Numbered from the stretch's first letter, positions 28,820-40,250 are shown. The stretch is DNA of 64,000 nucleotides from an uncultured Verrucomicrobiales bacterium (GCA_938091905.1 CALKOM010000014.1:1-64000); one strand, 5' to 3'. Numbers and translations: made by a program. The notes: generated by a model not told the origin, from the sequence alone.

Positions 28820-30376
28820 TTAGACTCCTTTAGAAAGGTTCTTGGCATACTCGATCGCACGGATCATGCCCATGGCTTTGTTCACGGTCTCTTCGTACTC
28901 ATTCTCAGGCACCGAATCTGCCACCACACCTGCACCCGCTTGGACGTAGGCTTTGCCATTCTTGAGAACACACGTGCGAAGGGCAATGCACGAGTCGAGG
29001 TTCCCATCGAAACCGAAATAACCCACGGCCCCGGAGTATGCACAACGTTTGTTCTTCTCTAGCTCATTGATGATCTGCATGGCACGCACCTTCGGCGAAC
29101 CAGAAACAGTACCCGCAGGGAAAGTCGCCGCCATGACATCATAGACGGTCTTGTCTTCGTGAAGTTGACCAACCACGTTTGAGACGATGTGCATGACGTG
29201 GCTGTAACGCTCAATGACCATGAGATCCGTCACGTTCACCGTGTCATAGTTCGCCACACGCCCCACATCATTTCGCGCAAGGTCCACGAGCATCACGTGT
29301 TCCGCACACTCTTTGGGATCCCCTAACAAATCCTGCTCCAAAGCGCAGTCCTCTTCTTCAGACTTGCCACGCCAACGCGTGCCAGCAAGAGGACGAATTT
29401 CAATCTTGCGGTCGATGGATCTCACATGCACTTCAGGAGAACTTCCAACCAAGGAGAAGCCATCTGGAAACTGAAGGCAGAACATGTAGGGCGAGGGATT
29501 CACATGTCGCAGTGCCCGGTAAAGATCGATCGGAGGTTCTGTGAAATCGACGGAGAATCTCTGTGACGGCACCACCTGAAAGATATCACCCGCACGAATG
29601 TATTCCTTCGCCTTCTCCACCATTGCACAATACTCCTCCTTAGTCGTGTTGCTAGACGGTTCCACTCGGTCCGGCTTGGCATAAGTGATGACCGGCTTTG
29701 CATGGATAGGCTGTGACAACTTATCAATTAACTTATCGATCCGTTGCCGAGCAGCAGCATAGGCTTCTTCAGCGTTGGCAAATTCGTCAGTGACTACGTT
29801 GGCCACGACTTGGATCCGCCGATACTTGTGATCAAAGATGAGCACATCATTCGCCACCATAAAGAGCATGTCAGGGACACCGAGAATATCCTCAGGTGGG
29901 TCGGGCACCGTCGGCTCAAAGTAACGGACCGCATCATAACTCAAGTAGCCAACTGCCCCACCGTAGAACACCGGCAAGCCGTTAGAATCGGCCGGGCGAT
30001 AAGCGGCCATCAACACCTCCAGCTCACGCAAGGGATCCCCTTCCGCTTGGTGCGTTTCCACGGTGCCAGTCTGCACGTTCGTCAGCGTCACCTCGAGTCC
30101 GCGACACTCGAAGATCTGACGCGGCTCGCTCCCAAGAAAGGAATAGCGTCCCGCGTCTTCACGAGTTTCCGCAGATTCAAAGAGGAACGCGTAGTCCCCA
30201 TCGTTGATCTTTCGAAACGCCGAAAGAGGCGTTTCATAATCGGCTGCCAATTCAGTGTACGTGGGCACAAGATTCCCGGCAGCGAATTGCGCAGCAAAGG
30301 TCTCGAAATCAGGCTTGAGAGGCGTCTCGGGCACAGTGAATTCAGTTTGGAGAGCGAAACTCGTTTCGCAAGCCAT
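28820..30376 (-). CDS. trpE: Anthranilate synthase component I
   Basis: FLFES, GDIFQVV, NPSPYM, SSPE, AGT, EHVMLVDLARND, PAGTVSGSPK, QAGAG. Start approximate. Confidence 0.95.
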   Translation of the reverse strand: MACETSFALQTEFTVPETPLKPDFETFAAQFAAGNLVPTYTELAADYETPLSAFRKINDGDYAFLFESAETREDAGRYSFLGSEPRQIFECRGLEVTLTNVQTGTVETHQAEGDPLRELEVLMAAYRPADSNGLPVFYGGAVGYLSYDAVRYFEPTVPDPPEDILGVPDMLFMVANDVLIFDHKYRRIQVVANVVTDEFANAEEAYAAARQRIDKLIDKLSQPIHAKPVITYAKPDRVEPSSNTTKEEYCAMVEKAKEYIRAGDIFQVVPSQRFSVDFTEPPIDLYRALRHVNPSPYMFCLQFPDGFSLVGSSPEVHVRSIDRKIEIRPLAGTRWRGKSEEEDCALEQDLLGDPKECAEHVMLVDLARNDVGRVANYDTVNVTDLMVIERYSHVMHIVSNVVGQLHEDKTVYDVMAATFPAGTVSGSPKVRAMQIINELEKNKRCAYSGAVGYFGFDGNLDSCIALRTCVLKNGKAYVQAGAGVVADSVPENEYEETVNKAMGMIRAIEYAKNLSKGV

Positions 30377-30416
30377 CACTTGGCAATCTTCCGAGCCGAC
30401 ACTACCCTTTGCTGCC

Positions 30417-31277
30417 ATGTCGGACGAGGCTGATTCCGCTCCTACCCACCCACCGGCTAACACAGCGTTAGCCGCTCGCTACGGATCTGCTCGAGAAGCT
30501 TTTGATCATGCGCTGGTCATCCTCGCCATGAATTTGCCTTACTGGCATGTCCACCAATCTGGCAGCCACGAACTCTACGTTGAGGAAGAGCGACTCGGAC
30601 AAGTCGCAGATGAATTGCGTGCCTATCGCCAAGAACAGGCCTCCTGGCGGCCCGTAGATCCAGACGCTGGAGTGGCCGACTATCCAGCTAGCTTCTACGT
30701 TCCCTATGTCGCGACCCTAATCCTGACGTTATCCTTCATTCTGCAGAACGCCTACGCGCCATACTATGCCACTATTGGAAGGATGGACACCCTGGGGTTC
30801 CTCTCTCGAAACGAGTGGTGGCGCCCGCTCACCGCGCTGTTCCTTCATGCAGATGTTCCTCATGTTCTTGGAAACATCGTCTTCGGCCTGTGGTACGGCA
30901 CGTTGGTCAATCGCACCTATGGCACTCTGCTCGGCTGGAGCCTCATGTTGGCCAGTGGAATCTTGGGAAACACGCTCGTCGCTCTGCATCGGTTTCCGGC
31001 ATCCCATTTCTCGATTGGAGCTTCCACAGCTGTCTTTGGAGCTTTGGGTCTTCTCGTCGCAGAGGGGTTCGCTCATCGCTGGCGACAGCGTTTCAGTATG
31101 CAGGTAGGCCAGCTCCTCATTCCGATGGTTGCTGGGGGGCTCCTCCTGGGCTGGACCGGCGGGTTTCACGATCCCCAGATCGACGGCCTGGCTCATGTGG
31201 GAGGATTTCTCTCAGGTTTCATGTTAGGTCTGGCCGCTTCTTTCCTTCCGAGGAAAGAAGCAGGAGTTAGCAAGTGA
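30417..31277 (+). CDS. Rhomboid family intramembrane serine protease
   Basis: WWRPLTALFLH, HVLGN, GAS (catalytic Ser), AHVGG (His). Confidence 0.9.
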   Translation: MSDEADSAPTHPPANTALAARYGSAREAFDHALVILAMNLPYWHVHQSGSHELYVEEERLGQVADELRAYRQEQASWRPVDPDAGVADYPASFYVPYVATLILTLSFILQNAYAPYYATIGRMDTLGFLSRNEWWRPLTALFLHADVPHVLGNIVFGLWYGTLVNRTYGTLLGWSLMLASGILGNTLVALHRFPASHFSIGASTAVFGALGLLVAEGFAHRWRQRFSMQVGQLLIPMVAGGLLLGWTGGFHDPQIDGLAHVGGFLSGFMLGLAASFLPRKEAGVSK

Positions 31278-31308
31278 CGCCGGGCTCGGAGAGTGGCAGG
31301 CTGTTGAC

Positions 31309-32169
31309 ATGTTAAAACAAATCATCACTCACCCTGGGAGTGCGCATAAAGACGATTTCCTCGCCTGTAGCGTGCTCGTGCACCTCCATGAGGTGCCAAT
31401 TCTGCGGCGAGAACCAACGGAAGAGGATCTCAACGATCCGGGCATCTGTGTGGTGGATGTAGGTGGCCGGCACGAGCCCGAGCTAAAGAACTTCGATCAC
31501 CATCAGTTCCCTCAAGATGAACCGCCTGTCTGTGCGCTTTCGCTAGTGCTAAAAGACCTTGGGATTTACGACGATGCAAAGAAGTTCTGTGATTGGCTAG
31601 AACCTGCCGAGTGGCTCGATTGCTTGGGCCCCGTGGACACCGCAAAGAAGCTTGGCGCCCCTCGGGCAGTCATCAGCCAGTTGCTCTCGCCGATCGATGT
31701 GACTATGCTGAAGCGCTTCGCTTCCGAAACTCAACTCACGTTCCGGTGTCCGATCTGGCAGCTAATGCGCATGGTTGGTGAAGATCTTGTCGCCTACCTG
31801 CGCAGCTTGCGCAATCGGCTCGATTTCATTCACGACCGTGCCGAGTGGTGGACGATTGACACCAAACAAGGAGCCTTCGAAGCCCTCTTCATGCCCCGGA
31901 TCGAACCGATCAACGGTGAGCCTTCCTTTGGGTTGAATCGCTATATCGAGGAAGTAGGCAAGCAGGATGAGGTCATCGCGCTTGTTTATCCAGATCGCCG
32001 GGGCGGTGGCTATGGGCTAGGGCGTTTCAATGACAATCGACGCATGGACTTCACCCGAGTGGGCGAGGAAGAAGACGTCCACTTTGCCCACGGGCGTGGC
32101 TTCGTCGCAAAGACGTCAGCCACCGATCCAGATCGGCTGAAAGAGTTGCTGGCCCAGGCCTATCATTAA
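31309..32169 (+). CDS. MYG1 family protein
   Basis: ITHPGSAHKDD, VVDVGG, FDHHQ, FAH..GF. Confidence 0.85.
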   Translation: MLKQIITHPGSAHKDDFLACSVLVHLHEVPILRREPTEEDLNDPGICVVDVGGRHEPELKNFDHHQFPQDEPPVCALSLVLKDLGIYDDAKKFCDWLEPAEWLDCLGPVDTAKKLGAPRAVISQLLSPIDVTMLKRFASETQLTFRCPIWQLMRMVGEDLVAYLRSLRNRLDFIHDRAEWWTIDTKQGAFEALFMPRIEPINGEPSFGLNRYIEEVGKQDEVIALVYPDRRGGGYGLGRFNDNRRMDFTRVGEEEDVHFAHGRGFVAKTSATDPDRLKELLAQAYH

Positions 32170-32182
32170 CAGGGAGAACAAA

Positions 32183-33205
32183 CTACCGCACGTGGAACGT
32201 GGAATTGCGGGTCTTCGTGCCGACAAACTCGTAACGGTTCCAGGCACTCATGTCATTGAGTGAAACCCAACGGCGCTCTTCCTGCCGATAGTGCCAGTCC
32301 TTATCGTTTTGATAGGTGAATTGCATTCCACGACCTTCGATAATGGTTTGCACTTCATTATCGTGATAATTCTTCTCATCATAGTCGGTGAGCGCACGTT
32401 GTCCCATCTCGGAATAGAAAGCATTGATTTCAAAGAGGAGATCATCGAGATCTTCGTCCATCTCCTGGACCTTGAGCCCAATGCGCTTGGCTTCGCGTAA
32501 GGTAATAGGATAACTGTGAGAGGGATAATCGGCATTCAGCACACGACTAATGCGCGACCGTTCCTTGGCGCTCGATACATGATAGGAAAGAATTTCCTCA
32601 CAAAGCTTTAGAGAAAGCGAGCTCGCTCGATCAATCGCTCCAAAAACGAGGGGGTGCACATGCTCGTAGAGTTTCGCATACGGATTCGACTGAGCTTTTG
32701 GGTCAGGAAGCTCGGCATCGGCATCGTGCCAGAGATTGGTCACGCGGTTCAGCTCATCTTGGCTCACACTGATGAGATAATTGTTCCGGTCGACCGGAGA
32801 CAGATCGTGGGTAAGTGACGTATCCACCGCTGTGAGATAAGCGAGTGGCCCCATGTGAATCTCGTCGGCGCCAAGGGAAATCATCGTTGCTGCAGAGGCA
32901 CACTCCAATGGGATCAAGGCAATCACGCGCTTGCCGTGCTGCCGAAGAAGATTAACCAGGCGAAGAGCTGCTTGCCCGTTCCCTCCCGTGGACTTCATGA
33001 AGAGGTAGATCTTGTCGTGCTTGCCTATGTGTTTCAGCACTTCGGCAAGAGGTGGCACGTCGGTGTGACAGATGGAGCCACTGCCAGCCGACCAATAAGT
33101 GAGAAACGCTCCGTCGATCGTCGACTCAATCTTCTTAATCATCTGTTGCGTCTTTCGAAACAGATTCGGCGGCTCAACGATTTTGATAGCTTTCTTCTTC
33201 TCCAT
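32183..33205 (-). CDS. SDH family Clp-fold serine proteinase
   Basis: LFMKSTGG, ASAATMISLGADEIHMGP, YPSHSYPIT.REA. Confidence 0.8.
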   Translation of the reverse strand: MEKKKAIKIVEPPNLFRKTQQMIKKIESTIDGAFLTYWSAGSGSICHTDVPPLAEVLKHIGKHDKIYLFMKSTGGNGQAALRLVNLLRQHGKRVIALIPLECASAATMISLGADEIHMGPLAYLTAVDTSLTHDLSPVDRNNYLISVSQDELNRVTNLWHDADAELPDPKAQSNPYAKLYEHVHPLVFGAIDRASSLSLKLCEEILSYHVSSAKERSRISRVLNADYPSHSYPITLREAKRIGLKVQEMDEDLDDLLFEINAFYSEMGQRALTDYDEKNYHDNEVQTIIEGRGMQFTYQNDKDWHYRQEERRWVSLNDMSAWNRYEFVGTKTRNSTFHVR

Positions 33206-33218
33206 AGTGGGGCGGTAG

Positions 33219-34415
33219 TTAGGTGAAAAGCCGATTCACAGCCTCTACTGACTGCGGTGAGCAGACACGTTCAATGCACTCTCTCCACGTCTCTTGTCCA
33301 GACAGAATCTCAATCTCTACTCGTAAGTAGTAGATTGGCACGTCCCTCGAATCGATCTCCGGTAGGCGCACGGCATCCTTCTCCGTCGTCACAATCATCG
33401 CCAAGTCGCGGTCCACACAGTGATTGATGAATGTGAGAACCTCTTGCTCGGTGTATCGATGATGATCCGTGTAGCGCCGCCGAGCCTCGACATTGGCTCC
33501 CAAGCGCGTGAGTGAATTCTCAAATGTTTCCGGGGTGGCAATCCCGCTAATAGTGCCGACGTAGATATCCTTGAGCGCCTCCAAGGGTAGTCGCTCGTCG
33601 GAGTGCACGTTATGAAGATAACAAGGCGCATGCCGACAAGCGATGATTTCCGCCGTGCGATTGTATTTTCTTATCTGTTCGATCAAGGCGTCGTTCGATT
33701 CCCCCAGGCGGCATTTCGTGAGGAAGATGTAGTGTGCTCGCTTGAGACTCGTCGCTGGCTCACGAAGAGTGCCACGAGGCAATAGTCGCCCCGTCCCAAA
33801 CGGTGCCATGCTGTCGACCAGAATAATGTCGAGCCGATGGCGGAGCCTCATATACTGCAACCCATCGTCGAGAAGGATGGTATCGATGCCATGCTCTCGA
33901 ATCGCATAACCGCCAGACTTTACCCTATCCTTGTCCACGAGCACCACCACCCCATCGAGATTGGAAGCCAACATGTAAGGTTCATCACCCGAAAGCTCTG
34001 AATCTAACAACACCTCATTTCCATCGGAAACAACACGCGGAGGATCTTGCACGGTCCTCCCAGTGACACGATTTTTTAATCGCTCTTTGAACGGCGGCTT
34101 CTTACTCTTGTAACCTCGACTGAGAACAGCCACATGCCGTCCGGCATCACGTAAAGCTCGGGCAAACAATTCGACTACAGGAGTCTTACCCGTGCCACCT
34201 ACCGTGATGTTCCCGATGCTAATAACAAGACAACCCAAATTATGTTCCCGCAACACACGTTCGCGATACAAGTAGAGCCGGAGACGAACAAGCCCTCCCC
34301 AGACGCCAGAGAGTAACCTGAGAAAGACGCGGAGCACCCCAGCGCCGAAGCCCTTCTTGCGGTCATAAATGACCTCTGTCGCAAACTCTTCTAGGCTCTC
34401 AAGAGTCTCTTTCAT
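33219..34415 (-). CDS. lpxK: Tetraacyldisaccharide 4'-kinase
   Basis: [46 protein letters not shown]. Confidence 0.96.
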   Translation of the reverse strand: MKETLESLEEFATEVIYDRKKGFGAGVLRVFLRLLSGVWGGLVRLRLYLYRERVLREHNLGCLVISIGNITVGGTGKTPVVELFARALRDAGRHVAVLSRGYKSKKPPFKERLKNRVTGRTVQDPPRVVSDGNEVLLDSELSGDEPYMLASNLDGVVVLVDKDRVKSGGYAIREHGIDTILLDDGLQYMRLRHRLDIILVDSMAPFGTGRLLPRGTLREPATSLKRAHYIFLTKCRLGESNDALIEQIRKYNRTAEIIACRHAPCYLHNVHSDERLPLEALKDIYVGTISGIATPETFENSLTRLGANVEARRRYTDHHRYTEQEVLTFINHCVDRDLAMIVTTEKDAVRLPEIDSRDVPIYYLRVEIEILSGQETWRECIERVCSPQSVEAVNRLFT

Positions 34416-35296
34416 CAGCTTACCGTAAGCGTCTGAGCGCCTTCGTTGTCTGCCCCTAAGACAAGCAGACGCGAGGAGCCAACCACTGCGTAGGCTTTCT
34501 GCATGGCTTCAGCGATACGGCGCAATGGCACGCCTTCTTCCGCCAAGCAGGCGATACTTGATCCCGAACCGCTTAGGAATCCACCGAGTGCTCCCGCAGA
34601 TTCAGCTGCTGCGATCACTTCCGTCAGTCCGGGATTAGTCACCTGACGATAAGGCTGATGCAAATGATCCAGGAAGCTTCCACGTAAGGCTTCGTACTGT
34701 TGTGTAGCAAAGGCAGAGGTGATGACACAGGCATTCCCAAGACTAACCACGGCATCTTTATGCAGCAATTTCTCGGGCAACACTTGGCGCGCCACATCCG
34801 TAAGCAGTTCGCGTTCCGGTACGAGCACCAAGAACTTAAGACGAGAATCCACCGGATGATAGAGACAGATCCCAGTAGCGTTCGTGCAGGTGAAGCCTCC
34901 ATAGACGCCAGCTGAAGCATTGTCAGGATGCCCTTCCAATTCACTTCCCAACTGAAAGAGCACATTCTTAGCTAGAGGCTCGCCCAAGAGGGCATTGAGC
35001 CCCTGGAGAATCCCTTGTCGCAACGTGACACTACTGCCTAATCCACGGGAAATCGGAACGTCTCCTTCGATCGTCCAACTAAAGGAGAAGCTTTCAGCAT
35101 CAGCTTGGGCAAAGAAGCGTTTCGCCGTCGCCGCTACCATCGGATGGTCTGGGCTGATACCACCGCCTTCGCGCCGAGTCACTCCAATCTGGTTGTAGAC
35201 CTGAAGTGCGATCCCCATACAGTCGAATCCCGGACCGATGTTAGAGGTCGAACCGGGCACCTGAACGAGCGCGTGACTGAAACCTGAGTCTGGCAT
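34415..35296 (-). CDS. thrB: Homoserine kinase
   Basis: PGSTSNIGPGFD, PISRGLGSS, EGHPDN, HQPYR, LSGSG. Confidence 0.94.
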   Translation of the reverse strand: MPDSGFSHALVQVPGSTSNIGPGFDCMGIALQVYNQIGVTRREGGGISPDHPMVAATAKRFFAQADAESFSFSWTIEGDVPISRGLGSSVTLRQGILQGLNALLGEPLAKNVLFQLGSELEGHPDNASAGVYGGFTCTNATGICLYHPVDSRLKFLVLVPERELLTDVARQVLPEKLLHKDAVVSLGNACVITSAFATQQYEALRGSFLDHLHQPYRQVTNPGLTEVIAAAESAGALGGFLSGSGSSIACLAEEGVPLRRIAEAMQKAYAVVGSSRLLVLGADNEGAQTLTVS

Positions 35297-35368
35297 GAGT
35301 GGTATTCGGGAAAAAGGTTGAGGGATAGACGAGCCGACTGCAATACTCTGCCCAGCAGAAATTACAAT

Positions 35369-36154
35369 ATGGAACGTCCCGATAAGCGCGCTTGCGATCA
35401 ACTCCGCCCCATCTCCTTCATCCCTAACGTGGCCCCACACGCCACAGGCTCCTGTTTAGTCAGTTTTGGAAATACCAGCGTCATCTGTGCCGCCACCATC
35501 GAAGATGGTGTCCCTGGCTGGATGAAATATCAGAAAGTCGAGGGCGGCTGGCTCACCGCCGAGTACAGCATGCTCCCCTACTCAACTCTTTCAAGGAAGC
35601 CTCGTGATATCAATCGGGGCAAACTCGATGGACGTAGTTCCGAAATTCAGCGTCTGATCGGTCGCTCGCTTCGAGCGATCGTCGACCTCAAAGCTCTGGG
35701 CCCCCGCACGCTCTGGATCGATTGCGACGTCCTCCGAGCCGATGGAGGCACCCGCACCGCCTCGATCACTGGCGCCTGTGTTGCCGTTGGCATTGCTATA
35801 AATGCGCTCATCGCCAAGGCCAAGTTCACAAGCTCACCCATGAAAAAGAAGGTCGCGGCGGTAAGTGCCGGCATCTACAAAGACACAGCCTGCCTTGACC
35901 TCAACTACATCGAAGATCGCGATGCCTCGGTCGACTCGAACGTAGTCATGACAGAAGATCTTGATTTCGTCGAAGTACAGAGCGCGGGCGAAGAGGCTGT
36001 TTACTCTCACGACCAGCTGCAGAGCCTTCTTGAGCTGTGTAAGAAAGGGGTGCAGGAGATATCAATTCTTCAAGATGAAGCTATCCTAGCAGCCGAAACT
36101 CAGGCCAATGAAGATCAGTTAGCCAATCTCGCAAACCACTTCGGCAGTCGTTGA
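35369..36154 (+). CDS. rph: Ribonuclease PH
   Basis: GWLTAEYSMLP, GRSSEIQRLIGRSLR, DCDVLRADGGTRTASITG. Confidence 0.96.
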   Translation: MERPDKRACDQLRPISFIPNVAPHATGSCLVSFGNTSVICAATIEDGVPGWMKYQKVEGGWLTAEYSMLPYSTLSRKPRDINRGKLDGRSSEIQRLIGRSLRAIVDLKALGPRTLWIDCDVLRADGGTRTASITGACVAVGIAINALIAKAKFTSSPMKKKVAAVSAGIYKDTACLDLNYIEDRDASVDSNVVMTEDLDFVEVQSAGEEAVYSHDQLQSLLELCKKGVQEISILQDEAILAAETQANEDQLANLANHFGSR

Positions 36155-36155
36155 A

Positions 36156-36905
36156 TTGAAAGGCGAACGCATCGCCAATCGCACGGATTTCACCGTTCTC
36201 GAGGACACGGAAGACTACATCGTCGTCGACAAACCAGCGCCCATGCTCGTCCACCCGAGCAAACCCAGTCCTGTGCCCACGTTATGGGATGAATTACGTG
36301 CGTTGTTAGCTTATGACATCACCAATGGCGCGCACCTCTCCATCATCAATCGGCTGGATCGGGAAACAAGTGGCGTTGTCCTAATCACTAAACACACCGA
36401 AGCTGCACGCCGTTTCTCCATTGCCATGCAGCGGCGCCGCACAGAGAAGATCTACCAAACACTCGTCCATGGCTGGCCGAGTGAAGACACCTTTACCATA
36501 AACGCACCATTACTTCGACGGGGAGAAGTCGAACACTCTCCAATCTGGCTAAAACGCATGGTCCACAAAGATGGCCAATCAGCGGTCACTCGCACCAGGG
36601 TGCTAGAGCGCATTCAGCACAGCGGTGAGCAATACAGCTTCTTGGAGGTCACACCAGTGACAGGTCGCACCCACCAAATTCGCGTGCATCTCAGCCACAT
36701 CGGCCACCCCATTGTCGGGGACAAGATCTATCAAGACGAAACCTGCTACCTCCGCTTCATCGAAGACGGCTGGACGAGTGAGCTTGAAAAACAGCTCTTG
36801 TTTCCTCGCCAGGCCTTGCACGCCAGCAAACTGACCTTTCACTTCGAGGAAGGTGATCTTAGCTGGGCCGCACCCTTTCCCGAAGGACTAAAGCTATCTT
36901 GTTAG
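36156..36905 (+). CDS. RluA family pseudouridine synthase
   Basis: VDKPA, NRLDRETSG, TGRTHQIRVH, HPIVGDKIY, RQALHA. Confidence 0.92.
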   Translation: MKGERIANRTDFTVLEDTEDYIVVDKPAPMLVHPSKPSPVPTLWDELRALLAYDITNGAHLSIINRLDRETSGVVLITKHTEAARRFSIAMQRRRTEKIYQTLVHGWPSEDTFTINAPLLRRGEVEHSPIWLKRMVHKDGQSAVTRTRVLERIQHSGEQYSFLEVTPVTGRTHQIRVHLSHIGHPIVGDKIYQDETCYLRFIEDGWTSELEKQLLFPRQALHASKLTFHFEEGDLSWAAPFPEGLKLSC

Positions 36906-36924
36906 ATAGACGATTCTCACCACC

Positions 36925-37539
36925 TCACGATACCGCCCGATTCGGCAGTCGGATATTCCAGCGAAGCGCAATCAACCGGATCAACACGATGATCGCGATA
37001 CCGCTCAGCACACGAGTTGGCTCAGGCAGAGGCACGTAGTGGAGCAGTAAGAAAACCCAGTTTCCGACAAAGGCGCAAGTCGCGTAGAGAGGCGCAAAGC
37101 TGAAGAGGCTAGGGATTTCATTGCAAATGACTTCGCCCATGACACCACCGAAAGATCCCGCAACAACGCCTAACAGTGACGCCACAAACCAAGTGGCACC
37201 GTAGTCGAGAGCAAACTGCGTACCGAGGACGCTGAACAGCCCCAAGCCCAGCGCATCAGGCACATGGAGGAATTTCGTTAGGGCCCTAGGCAGCTTCCTA
37301 AAAAACGACGACAGCAACGCCAAGGCAAACACGGTTAGCGGATAGATCTCGTGCTCGATCCAAAACAGTGGATGACGGTCCAGGAAGAGATCACGCAGGG
37401 TGCCACCACCGAACGCAACAATAAACGCCAGCGAGAAGCCCCCCACAAAGTCCATGCCCTTGCTTCGCGCCAGGAGAATCCCATAAAGCGCTCCTGCCGT
37501 GACGGCAGTGAACTCAATAATTCTGAAGAAAGGCTCCAT
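36925..37539 (-). CDS. TRIC/UPF0126 family membrane protein
   Basis: MDFVG, GGGTLRD, DALGLG, GGVMGE duplicated halves. Confidence 0.88.
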   Translation of the reverse strand: MEPFFRIIEFTAVTAGALYGILLARSKGMDFVGGFSLAFIVAFGGGTLRDLFLDRHPLFWIEHEIYPLTVFALALLSSFFRKLPRALTKFLHVPDALGLGLFSVLGTQFALDYGATWFVASLLGVVAGSFGGVMGEVICNEIPSLFSFAPLYATCAFVGNWVFLLLHYVPLPEPTRVLSGIAIIVLIRLIALRWNIRLPNRAVS

Positions 37540-37578
37540 GATGAGAGCGTGATAGACGCTCCCAGCGGAAGCGACCCA

Positions 37579-38478
37579 CTACTTCGCGGAAACGATGGAA
37601 ACCTTCTCCTTTGTCGGGAAGTTATCAGGGATCGAAATGGTGACTGCTTTGCCAGCCGCATACTGCAAGGAGCGACCAAGAATCGTGTGGAATCCCACAC
37701 AACGAAGTCCATCCAGCTCCTTCTGCCCTTTCCAAAGATGACCTAGCACCGTAGTGACCACACGTCCTTTACCATACGGAATGAACCAAGTCATGGGCTC
37801 GTGTTTCCCCGAACCGCCTTTCTCCTTATCCGCGTAGGCACTGCTGAGAATCGTCATGTTCTTCGCCGGCCCACGCTGGCCATGATAAAGCTCGTCAAAA
37901 GCATGAAGCCACTCGTTAGGCACACCATTCATGATCGGATGATTTGGGTCACGAACCTTCACCACAAAGGGATGCTTGGAACCATGGCCAGCACCGATAC
38001 CCTCGCCGCGAGGCTCACGGATCAACTTGCCATCGTCGTTATAGTAGAGTCGATCTCCACCCATCGGATTCCGCCAAAGTAGGCCCGTGATCTGATTGAA
38101 TTCTGCCCAATTAGGAAAGGCATTGTTCGCAGCATGGACATTGACCAGACCACCACCTTTCGCAATAAATGCTAACAGACCATCACCGATAGACTTGGGC
38201 CATGGATCTCCATAGTAGTTATTTAGAACAACGTCGAACTTAGAGAAATCAATCTTCCAGCTATCCCAATTCTCTTTCGTGGGGCTCGTGGATACCGTCA
38301 CGTCAAAGAGCTTCGCGGACGCGAGAGCCTCCAACAACTGCTCAGTCGTCCGCTCCCAGTCGTGATTGTTCTGGCCGTCTATGAGTAGGACTTGCAACGG
38401 CTTAGCGTCGTCTTGCGCCAAAAGATTCACAGGCAACAACGCGAAAACGAGAAGAAGGACATGGACGAAGTTTTTCAT
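37579..38478 (-). CDS. Exported ThuA-like domain protein
   Basis: IDGQNNHDW, GGGLVNVHAA, HPI, DELY, YGKGRV..TVLGH. Confidence 0.85.
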   Translation of the reverse strand: MKNFVHVLLLVFALLPVNLLAQDDAKPLQVLLIDGQNNHDWERTTEQLLEALASAKLFDVTVSTSPTKENWDSWKIDFSKFDVVLNNYYGDPWPKSIGDGLLAFIAKGGGLVNVHAANNAFPNWAEFNQITGLLWRNPMGGDRLYYNDDGKLIREPRGEGIGAGHGSKHPFVVKVRDPNHPIMNGVPNEWLHAFDELYHGQRGPAKNMTILSSAYADKEKGGSGKHEPMTWFIPYGKGRVVTTVLGHLWKGQKELDGLRCVGFHTILGRSLQYAAGKAVTISIPDNFPTKEKVSIVSAK

Positions 38479-38487
38479 AGCAATTTG

Positions 38488-40182
38488 TTATTTAGTTGGC
38501 ACGTAACGATCGAAGAGCTGGTTCAAGCGTTCCAAGTAGATATCTGTCGCACCATTACGCAAAGCCTGCGGGCGTTGGAAAGTAGTAGTGCGACGATGCT
38601 CGCGGGGATTGTAATCGCCACGGTAATGCGCATCGAACAACCGATCGAGATTATCAGTGGGCGCCTCCAAACTTCCAGTCACGTCAAAGGTGGTCCATCC
38701 GAAGGGATTGTCAGGCTTCGACTTGAAGAAAGCAGGCCGCCCCTTCGTGATCCCATTTCTCGTCGCCCGAGCCAAGGTGTCATCCGGCAAACCAATCTCA
38801 AATTTCCCGCTGATGCTATGATTCGGCTGGACGGTAAATTCGCCTAACAAACTTGCAGCTCTGGGATTCGAACCATAGATATCGTAGAGTCGGATGATGC
38901 CACCCTTCTGATGAATCGTGGCTGAAAACTCGTCAAACGCCAGCCGACTGAGTTCAGCCGTCCCAAAGTTTAGCGAGAGACTAGAAAGGATTTCCAAGCC
39001 TTTGACCGAGAGACCAGGAATCTTCACCTTCCCCTTCAGCTCCGGAAGGTCATCCATGGACAGCCCCCCCTGAAGGGTTAGATCACCCTCAAGACGCCCT
39101 AGCAGACGCTCGCTCCAATCATCGTGGACCATGTCGCTTACTTTGACGTTCTTGACTGCGATCGCGAGATCAACACGCGGCTCGCTTCCAAGAAAGATCT
39201 CTCCAGTTATAGAGCACGTACCTCCATCTTCCGACGTGAGGTTGGCACGGTGGATCGAGAGCATTCCGTCCGCCCCCCAGGTGAAGTCAGCTGCCTCGAT
39301 CCGAAATTGCGGCCAATAGAAGTAGTCGAGTGTTCCCCTACCCGCCGTAACGAAATAGCCAGGGTTCGTCTTGTTCATGGTCAGGTGGAGGCCATCAAGC
39401 CGATGCGGGTTGTCAGGATTGACACCAAACTCTGCACTAAAATGGCGACAGCTCACGCGCTCCGCGTCGTAAGAATTGGGCACACCGCTGAATCCTAACC
39501 CTGCCGCGAGCACCTTGATAGCTTCATCTAACAGAGGCACCTGTGTCGTTCCCTCCACTTGTGGAGGCAATGGCCGGAGCTGCAACTCCGCCCGGTCAGC
39601 GATGAGGTGAGAGATAAGCCAGTCTTTCGAAAGAAACGACCCAAAGCGCAATCGTGCCTCCATGTTGGTCAGGGTGAATCCCGCAAGCACAGAATCATCA
39701 GGACCAGCTGCGCTGAACTTGCGGTTCTTTACGGCCAACTTGGAGACTTTGAAGGGGTCCTCAAATTCCCCTTGGTAACCAATCGACTCACTCACAGACT
39801 CACTCATCTCCTTACGAAATTTCTCACCTCCATAGGCAAGATAGGAAAAGAGGAAGCTACCAGCCACGAAGGCCAGGATTGGAAGTAGAATAAGGAGGCC
39901 CAGCCCCATCATCATGTAACGACGCCGACGTTTGGCCCGAATCGGCTGATTGCTGCGGCGTCGCCGCTTTTTCTTAGACTTCAGTCCCTGGTCGCTAGAA
40001 GAAGATCGCACCTTTCGTAGGTGGTCGACCATCTCTTGGTAAGTATAGTGATCAGGAGTCGCGTCAGAGCCACCTGAGGCCCCAGACGACTCCGAACTTG
40101 GCTCTCCGGAGCCCTTGGCAGGAGGTGGGGACTGCGATTCTCTGGCACCACTAGGGGCGCGGCGGCGTCTGGATGGAGGCAT
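38488..40182 (-). CDS. Membrane-anchored AsmA-like beta-rich protein
   Basis: Basic disordered N-terminus, single TM, long beta-rich region ending VTGSLEAPTDNL. Confidence 0.6.
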   Translation of the reverse strand: MPPSRRRRAPSGARESQSPPPAKGSGEPSSESSGASGGSDATPDHYTYQEMVDHLRKVRSSSSDQGLKSKKKRRRRSNQPIRAKRRRRYMMMGLGLLILLPILAFVAGSFLFSYLAYGGEKFRKEMSESVSESIGYQGEFEDPFKVSKLAVKNRKFSAAGPDDSVLAGFTLTNMEARLRFGSFLSKDWLISHLIADRAELQLRPLPPQVEGTTQVPLLDEAIKVLAAGLGFSGVPNSYDAERVSCRHFSAEFGVNPDNPHRLDGLHLTMNKTNPGYFVTAGRGTLDYFYWPQFRIEAADFTWGADGMLSIHRANLTSEDGGTCSITGEIFLGSEPRVDLAIAVKNVKVSDMVHDDWSERLLGRLEGDLTLQGGLSMDDLPELKGKVKIPGLSVKGLEILSSLSLNFGTAELSRLAFDEFSATIHQKGGIIRLYDIYGSNPRAASLLGEFTVQPNHSISGKFEIGLPDDTLARATRNGITKGRPAFFKSKPDNPFGWTTFDVTGSLEAPTDNLDRLFDAHYRGDYNPREHRRTTTFQRPQALRNGATDIYLERLNQLFDRYVPTK

Positions 40183-40250
40183 GAGGCTTGGCGTGGAAGG
40201 TTCGAGGATCCGTCCGACTCAAGCACAAGCAGGCTCGAGCGCAAGGAACG